DNA of 37,679 nucleotides, taken from IMG/VR virus record IMGVR_UViG_3300027627_000011, positions 1 through 37,679 of that record. One strand, written 5' to 3'. Position numbers and translations under genes: made by a program. The notes under the pieces are model-generated. The model was not told the origin of the DNA. It saw only the letters and a program-made list of their open reading frames with translations, and ran no database searches. This stretch comes from a virus. Lineage: Duplodnaviria > Caudoviricetes. Below are positions 30,434-37,679 of this stretch, in pieces; the stretch's first letter is position 1; every line of letters begins with the position of its first letter.

Positions 30434-33400
30434 TTAACCTCGTACCCCTTGGCCTAATTCAGTTGATACTTCTTTTCCTATTCCAACTGACCTACTTGGA
30501 TCAATTAAAGCTGGACCTTTAATAAAATTGAGAGTTTCTGTATAAACTCTACCTAAACCAGCAATGATTAGCTCCCAATTTAATGTTACTGGGCTTCCAT
30601 CTGAATAGTACTCGTCCCAACCAATATAAGGCCATTCGGAAGCTGTAGAGTATACTTCTTGCAATATCAATATAGAAACTAGTGAATCAAACAATTCTTT
30701 TTCTGGGTTACTAAAGGCATTTATTGGATCGTTGGAATCATCTTTGTCAAAATAAATTGCACTGTTACTTTTTGGCAAATCTTGTATGGCGGCTAAAATT
30801 TCATCAAACTTACTTTCAATAACACTATTCAATGATAGTAATTCTTTTGTTTTGTTTTTTAAATACTCAATACGCCTCATCGAATCTAGTGTTGGCATAT
30901 TCAAAAATATTCCTCTAACCTTATTGGTTAGCGCATTTTGTTTATTTTCGTCTGTTCTATAGAAAATAGATGCCATATATCTTTCGTCTTTACTAATGTT
31001 ATTTTTGCCTTTAATCGCCACTGCATAATTAGCTGGTGTATTGGCAATAGCCCCAGCCTCTACATCGTCTGCCGTTAATATTATTGAAGAATTTTTTGGA
31101 TTAATTCTTAAAACAATCAATTTACCCTCTAATGCATCGGAAACATACTTTAGAGATTTTGCGCCTTCAGAATTTGGGTTTGTAATAGCAACCTCACCAG
31201 GCATAACATCCAACTTATTAAGTTCTCCAGACTGCACTCCTTCAAATCTAACTCTATACGAATTTTCATTTGGATTCTTATGGGTAATATTTTTTCTGGG
31301 CGTTAAAATGTCTATCACATCTATAGTATCTCCGGTCAACTATCTTAGTTACTTTAACTATTGTTTTGAAGCTTTGATTCAAGCCAGTTTTTTCTGGACC
31401 AAGACCAGAATACTTTAAAATTTCTGCATGTACAATTGCATTTTCTAAGCTTGTATATCTAACTAGTCTTGAAATTTCCTTTTCCCTCCAACCCATACTC
31501 TTAAGCAAATCATCAGATCTTATATAGGGGTGCCCATCAACGGTCATTACCTTGGTTCTTATCCCCAAAAGACCAGGAAGAAGTTTTTTAGAATGATGCT
31601 TACCAACTACCATTCCCTGGAAATTAGCTAATCCAGCATCCATTGCTTGACCATTTTTATTCAGATACTGGATATAGCATCCGTGTTGATCAAGTACGTT
31701 GTTTCTTATCCATTTCCATGCGCTCCAACCAGCATCCGTTGCCAGCGTTAGCCCTGCTGCAACGGCCGCTCCAGCAAGAGGTGTGCCAAAAATAGTTGCT
31801 GCCGCAGTAGCTCCAGCCGTAACTGCCGGCATAACAAGGCCAGCAAATATCGCTGCCCCCATTGAGCTTTCCTGCCTTCCTGTGTTGTTGGCTATTAATT
31901 GCTTCATTCGATCTGAGGTTTCTGGCATTGAGTCCGCAAGTTGGTTGGCTTGTATATCCTTAAGAAGGGCCGAACTACCGTGCGTATACTGCATGCCGCC
32001 AACCATTTGGTCTTTTAGCATGCTTGAAAGATTCTCTATTGACACATCTCCACTTATGTTTAATATAGAATTATTAGACTGATTAGCCAAAAGTATTCTT
32101 GTATCGTTTCTTAAATTTTGTGTACTAAACCACGAAGATGCCCAAGACGACATAAACCATCTTGCTGGATCATTAACCGTCACAAATGCATTGGGCGTTA
32201 TACTTGTGATAAAACCTGTTTCTGGAGTAAAGTGATGAACAACCTGTTCTACCTCAAATATCCCATACATTCTACTATATACGTCGGCTAAGTAAACAAG
32301 ATCATATGGCCTTATGGAAGTGTTGCCAATAACAATAATTTCTCCACCATATATATCTTTAAGATTTTCTTTCAAATATGATAGAGCAACTCTTCTTGCC
32401 GTGAGCTCATCTGGTTCACCCTGCGCATGCTTTGATATGCCCCTAACTGTTTCTAGTGGATGAAATATTGGATGCAATATTCCAAAGACTCCTTCGCCCT
32501 TAGGATTGTCCCAATACAATCCTGTCTCTACAGTTTTTTCTACCTGTTTTTCTGGGGGAGCTGCCTTATCAAGGGAAACTGTAACTGGAAATTTTCCATC
32601 AGAAACAGCTGTTATTTGAGTTGCAACTCCAGATGTATTCTCTTTTATATTATTTGCTATAATATGGCTAAATGAACTGAGGTAGTGCATTCTTTGGAAT
32701 GGTTCTCTTATCTCAACAACTGGTTCGCCATACTCTCTTGTAAACGGATTGTCTACTGCCCTTAATAAAGTTCCTGGTCTTCCAAGAGAATAGTATATTG
32801 AATCATTATATGCTTTATTTAATATGTTTGCTTGCTTGGTAAAATTTTCTAACTCCTTTAATCCATAGCCCATTTGCGCCATTGATAATCTAAACATGTT
32901 TAATAAATTTCCCAGAGCAGCATCAAATGCGCTAAATATTGGTCCTATATTTTTGTCCCAAAAATTGTCAACATCTTCCAAAATTCCCGTAACCCAGTTG
33001 CCAGAGTTATTGCCTGCTTTAGCATTGTCTTTTAGCAGCTTAATAAAAGCATTAGAGTTTGAAGAAATCTCTTTTTCATAATTAATAAATTGTGCGAATA
33101 TGTTATCTACTTGCCTAAAACTCCATTGGTCATTGTCGTTACCAAACAAATCAAAAGCCGCCATAACTGAGCCTGCTACAGGGTTTGCAACCGTTGTGGC
33201 CACATTAAGGGCTGCACCAAATCCAGTTGCGCTATAGCGTTTTTTGTCAGGTCTTAAAACTAACCATGCCCTTGCATAAGGATCTGACCAGAGTTTCTGC
33301 CTAAATATTCCGACCAACAAAAGGTATAATTGCTTAGGTGTTTTTATATTTGCTAAAAGCTGTAAAGCTTTAGTTTCTTCGTCTACATTAGATGGATTAT

Positions 33401-36400
33401 CAAGATCTTTATCGGCGTATTGATAGGTTTTAAAATGATTTTCGACTAAAGACATTAGGCCATCGACTTTTTTCTGAATCAAAAAATTATATACGTCAAC
33501 TATTCCTGCGTCTTTATTAATAATTGGTTTTTTATTTTCGTCTAACGCATCAACCCCACCATCTATGTATTCCTCAATTGCTATATTTATAGCGGGTGTT
33601 ACAGAGGCCGCCTTACCAGTTGAACTTATCCAGTCGGCTCCTAGTAGAGTGTTAAATTCAAGACCTGATTTATCTGCACCAAAGTCTTCAAAAATAATAT
33701 CGTTTTTTTGAGTTAATAATTTGAATATAGGATCAAAAGATTCTTCATCGCTGTCAGGATCAAGGTTATAGGTTTTTTGAAAAATAGATTTAACACTTTC
33801 GTAGTTGTGGTAACCAAATCTAAATTGATCCCATATCTGTTGTGCGTCGCCAACTTTTCTGCCTCCACCAACAATAACTTTAACTTGACTGTCAAATCTT
33901 TCGTCATAAAAAGACCTAGCTACAACTGAAACATTATCTAACGGATCATACACTGACGTAAACTCGTCCCTACCGCCGTTCTTTTTTATCTTCCTGCAAT
34001 CTGTCAAACAGTTTATCTTGAGCTAGCTCGTGCACTCTTGATTCGCCATCTTCTCCTGGATGAAGATATTCAAAATATTTAGTCCAATTTCCGCCCTTAC
34101 TCCACTCTAATTGCCAATCCATCATTGTTTTTTCTTCAAGTGCATCACGCGAATATGCGTAGTTAATTTCGTTTTTTATACCATTATTATTTATAACCCT
34201 TTCCATACCGTCTGCAGTCATGGTCATAGCACCCGTGGTCGACCAAGATACTCCATCGGGCCTACCGTTTGGCATCGCCGCTAGTATATCGTCATCCCCA
34301 ATAGTCCCTCCCAATTTTGATTTAAATGCACCAAATCCAATAAGAAAAGTGTCGTCTCCAGAACCAGAGGACGATCTTGATTCAAATCTCATTGCTGGAC
34401 TATATTGGCTAGTAACAACTCCAACTGGAACATTATCTGGAACGAATGTAAACATGCATTCTGTTAGATTTTTTTCTACCATGGATATATTGGCATATTG
34501 ACTTCCGCCCGAAGACCAAATACCGCCATTTTGCACTGCTCCTATATCTTCCATCGGAGCAATAATTCTTCCCTTGTCGTCAATAAGTAAGCCTAAAAAG
34601 TAAGCTGCATCTGGAGAAACTATTGCAGATAAACCAGTATGAGTGTCGACATCTTTTTCTCCCCATAAAAAGTATGCAGGCGTGCAAACAACTGCTAATT
34701 TTTTTTCTGGATTATAAACTAAAACTTTTCTTTTTTTGTAATCTTCTGGAGTTCCAATTAAATCTTTTTCATTGAAATTATACATTTTAAGAAATTTCTG
34801 TAAAACTTCGCTTGTCATAGAGTTGGTTGCACCATTATTTTTATTGTATTTTTCTCTGGCTTCTACTGGATTATACGGCCATCTCATTGCGATATAAAAC
34901 TGTTCATCATCTGCATTAGTGGGCATACCCCACTCTTTAAAATCTAATTCAACTCCAGCATAATATTCCCCAATTAAATCATAAGCGGGATCAAGATCCT
35001 GAAAGTAGTGCTGTAGCTCTGGTTCTAATTGTATTTTTCCAGAAATGGCTGGGTCAGAAGACAACTCTCCAACAACAGCAATCGGATACGGCATTTGTAT
35101 ATCTTGACTCGCAAAACGCTCACCTATAGGTCCCTCTGGATCAAAAATGCCAGAAGGATCAAATGCTGCGGTACCCTCAATTATCGCATCTAGACCTAAA
35201 AATTTAATCTTTGAAGCAAAGTCAAAATTAAAAGTAACAACTTGTTCTGTCCCAGGCGCTTTACTGGCGGCAGTAGCAACACTTCCATTACTCTTTCTTC
35301 CAGGAGTTGTAGCAACAAGATTGCTTTCCTGCTCAGCAATTTTGATAAGATTATTCATATTTTTTTTGATTTCAAACTGTGAATTTTTGTTAAAAATTCT
35401 ATCAAAATTTAAAGAAGGTAGAGTTCCAGAAGTTCTATTTGTAAAAAATGGATAAGAGTATCTTATGGGCAATTGGGCTATTTGCTTGTGGTTCGACGAA
35501 GGTTCGGTATTTCCAGACTGAATACCGTTAGACGTGCCACTTCCTGAGGAATTAAACGGAAGATGGAAACCAACCTGAACTCTTCCCTTGTTAATTGGTA
35601 GACGGCAAATTGGTTTACCACCTACATGGTAAACATTACGAGTGACATCCTTAAGGTCTATAACGGTATATTGCAAAGTTCTTGCAGGTCTAAAAATACC
35701 AGAAAAAGATAGCATATCTTTTGATGTCGAAGCTAAAGATTCTGACAAAGAACTTTCTTTACTATCCAAAGATGCTATTGCATCTGAGCTAGGGGCAAGT
35801 TCTTGGTTCATCGAATATAGGAGTTTTGACAACTCATCATCTGGCGCAACATATCCAGGAATAGAAGTCCCGCTTAATTTTGCTTGTTCTTCACTTGGAA
35901 AACCAGTTGATATCGGCATTACACCAGATGTGTACAGCCAATGAGGTTTTCCATAAAAAATTGTAGATCTTTCTTCGAATGGTCTAACCGCAACAATGTA
36001 ATTGGGAAGTAGGCGAGCACACATTTGAAACATATCCCAAACGCTTCTCATGTAAGTTTGAGCCCTAAAAGAAACTTCGTCATATATATCATCGTCAAGG
36101 TCGGAAACTAACCCTAGAGTTTTCATGAGGTTTGCCCCACCACGTCCACTCATAGTCTTTAGTAGCCCTGCGCCAAGACCGATGGTAAGAGGAGTTGGAT
36201 TAGCTACTACAGCTATTGCGCTTACTGCACCTGCTAAAATTTGGGAAGTCCCTATAGCGCCACTAGAATCAATTAAAATATTTTTTGCGGTAGCTTTTTC
36301 TAGAGCGCTTGAAGCGTCTATACTGCCTGGCTTAGAAGACTCTTGTATCAAACCCGACCAAGAACTTCCAGATAATCTATCTAAATAACCAAATTTTTTG

Positions 36401-37679
36401 TTATCAATTTCCGAGACATCAATAGAGGACATTGTCGACCAACCATCGTCTAAATCTCCGCCTAAGAATTGTGCTACTCCGATCCCGTTTCCTGGATATA
36501 TGTTTCGCTTAAATATTTCTAGATCTCTTTGAGTAGAAAAATTTGCCCACATTGTTTGCATAGCCCCAACTAGTGGAGTTTTAACAGAACCACCAAAACT
36601 TTGAATTCCAGGATCAGACCCAGCGCTATAGTAATTACCAGATCCAACTCCTGGATTTAAAGCTTCAAGCCCTGAATTTATTACTGCTCCTGTTGCGATA
36701 TGCGTGCCACCAGAAATCACATTGGCCGTTGCATTCACGCCAAGACCAACTGTGCCTCTTATCGGATTCTTGCCAACTGCGTTAAAAGCATTGATGACGC
36801 TCTGTTTATACAGAGAAGATTTTTGAGCTTCTTCTGGAGTTAGTGGTGCGTATAATATTGATCCAAAGTGTCTTATCCCAAATTTATTTTCAGAAAATAC
36901 AGCGCCTCGTGTTGCGTGAGAAAACGCTTCCCTAACTCTTGATGCTCCCATAGACAAAAGTCTTATCATTAAATCTCTTGGCTCAGACATCCAGAGTCCA
37001 GTATTTATTCCTCCATCAATTTTTCCGCTATCCCCTTTCTTCTTAGTACTATTAATTATAGGACTTAGCTCTACCGCATCTGATTGTGCAATAACCGTTA
37101 TAATTTCCCCATGCTCTACTTCTGCTATTACCCCATTAAAGATAGTTTCTAATGAATTAGGGTTAGATCCATATCCTGCCCTTAAGTGAACTCTTACGCC
37201 TGGTTTTAGTCTCATATTTTCTATTTCTGTTACATATCTAGAATTCATATGTGATTTCAAATTTAGAGACCTTGTAATTAATCTTTCAATTAATTCTACT
37301 GATCCTGTTGTAAGATTTGTGGCTGCATCTTTGATGCCTTGCGGTGACATTGAATTGGTTAAATCTCCGTCAGCACCGACTAAAGAGGAAAGAGTAGCCA
37401 AAGGTTTTGATAGCTTTGAGTAGGTATTGGATATTCGTAACATCAAAGTATCTCCCAATATGTCCTCTGAAGAAGATAGAGAAAAGTCTATGACTGATTG
37501 CAGCCCATAAAAATTATCAAAAAGTTTTACGCCAGCAAAAAAGTTCATATCATCTATTAGCCAAAGCATGTAGGTTGGAAATGCTCTAATCATTCTTCCT
37601 GACAAATCCCTGTATTGAGTATCCATAAGCATTTTTTGCCAGTGTTTTGCCACGCCCTTATGAGTGCCAGCAGAAGTAA
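30434..37679 (-). CDS. Giant baseplate hub-like tail protein with C-terminal SNase-like domain, >2413 aa, 5' end outside window; two +1 shifts at CGG (skipped C at 33978, 31334)
   Basis: Frame is open to the window edge. Hub-like motifs GVRVHLRAGYGS...IFNGVI and GEIIVIGNTSIRPYDLVYL...FEVEQVVHHF...GFITSIT lie on either side of the first shift; KIVD-G-DTIDV...VRFEGV...DERY...LNWELIIAGLGRVY follows the second. Confidence 0.8.

Larger units (their letters stand above)
12509..33978 (-). other. Eleven CGGN +1 recoding sites
   Basis: Minus-strand quadruplets at 33975-33978 CGGC, 31331-31334 CGGA, 30179-30182 CGGA, 29935-29938 CGGG, 29871-29874 CGGA, 24155-24158 CGGA, 19286-19289 CGGA, 17650-17653 CGGC, 16194-16197 CGGA, 16079-16082 CGGT, 12509-12512 CGGA; each is the first in-frame CGG of its segment and is followed by a zero-frame stop within 2-29 codons. 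Confidence 0.85.

Noticed and set aside
12428-34007. Frame breaks as random sequencing indels or pseudogenisation
   Set aside because: All 11 are +1, all coincide with an in-frame CGG that is otherwise absent, most lack homopolymers at the site, and there are no nonsense mutations or -1 events. Only the sites near 33978 and 17653 (nearby A/T runs) and 31334 (CC) are individually ambiguous. Not formally excluded without reads.
12480-34007. Stop-codon reassignment (TAG or TGA readthrough) as the cause of fragmented ORFs
   Set aside because: Fragments end in TAA, TAG and TGA alike and the continuations lie in a different frame; TAG and TGA also end genuine genes.
765-36388. Short plus-strand ORFs and nested alternative-frame minus ORFs in the track
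   Set aside because: They are shadows of long minus-strand genes, with no RBS or recognisable motifs.
1-37679. tRNA genes, CRISPR arrays, DGR template/variable repeats, transposases
   Set aside because: After recoding almost no intergenic space remains; no cloverleaf, spaced direct repeats, reverse transcriptase or transposase motifs were seen. The 90-nt repeat at 3280-3466 differs at all base types, not only adenines.

Overview
AT-rich segment of a large tailed phage genome with contractile-tail (myovirus-type) baseplate genes. All credible genes are on the minus strand. The left end holds nucleotide-metabolism genes (partial thyX, class II ribonucleotide reductase nrdJ); the rest is a virion tail/baseplate module (baseplate J-like, gp25-like, spike-like, hub-like, virion peptidoglycan hydrolase, large paralogous structural proteins) plus a metallophosphoesterase. 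Main discovery: the many apparently broken ORFs are not random. By manual translation, all 11 breaks are repaired by a +1 shift at an in-frame CGG codon (C-GGN read as GGN, Gly), and I found no in-frame CGG that is read through in any gene, although more than 150 out-of-frame CGG trinucleotides occur and the other five Arg codons are used. Applying this one rule merges 14 ORF-track fragments plus two unannotated bridging segments into 5 genes (>2413, 698, 1555, 2250 and 903 aa), fills the apparent intergenic gaps, and restores a VDGDT nuclease motif. This looks like a window-wide CGGN quadruplet-decoding / +1 frameshifting code in a phage. A systematic sequencing artefact is unlikely because the signal respects reading frame, but it must be excluded with raw reads.
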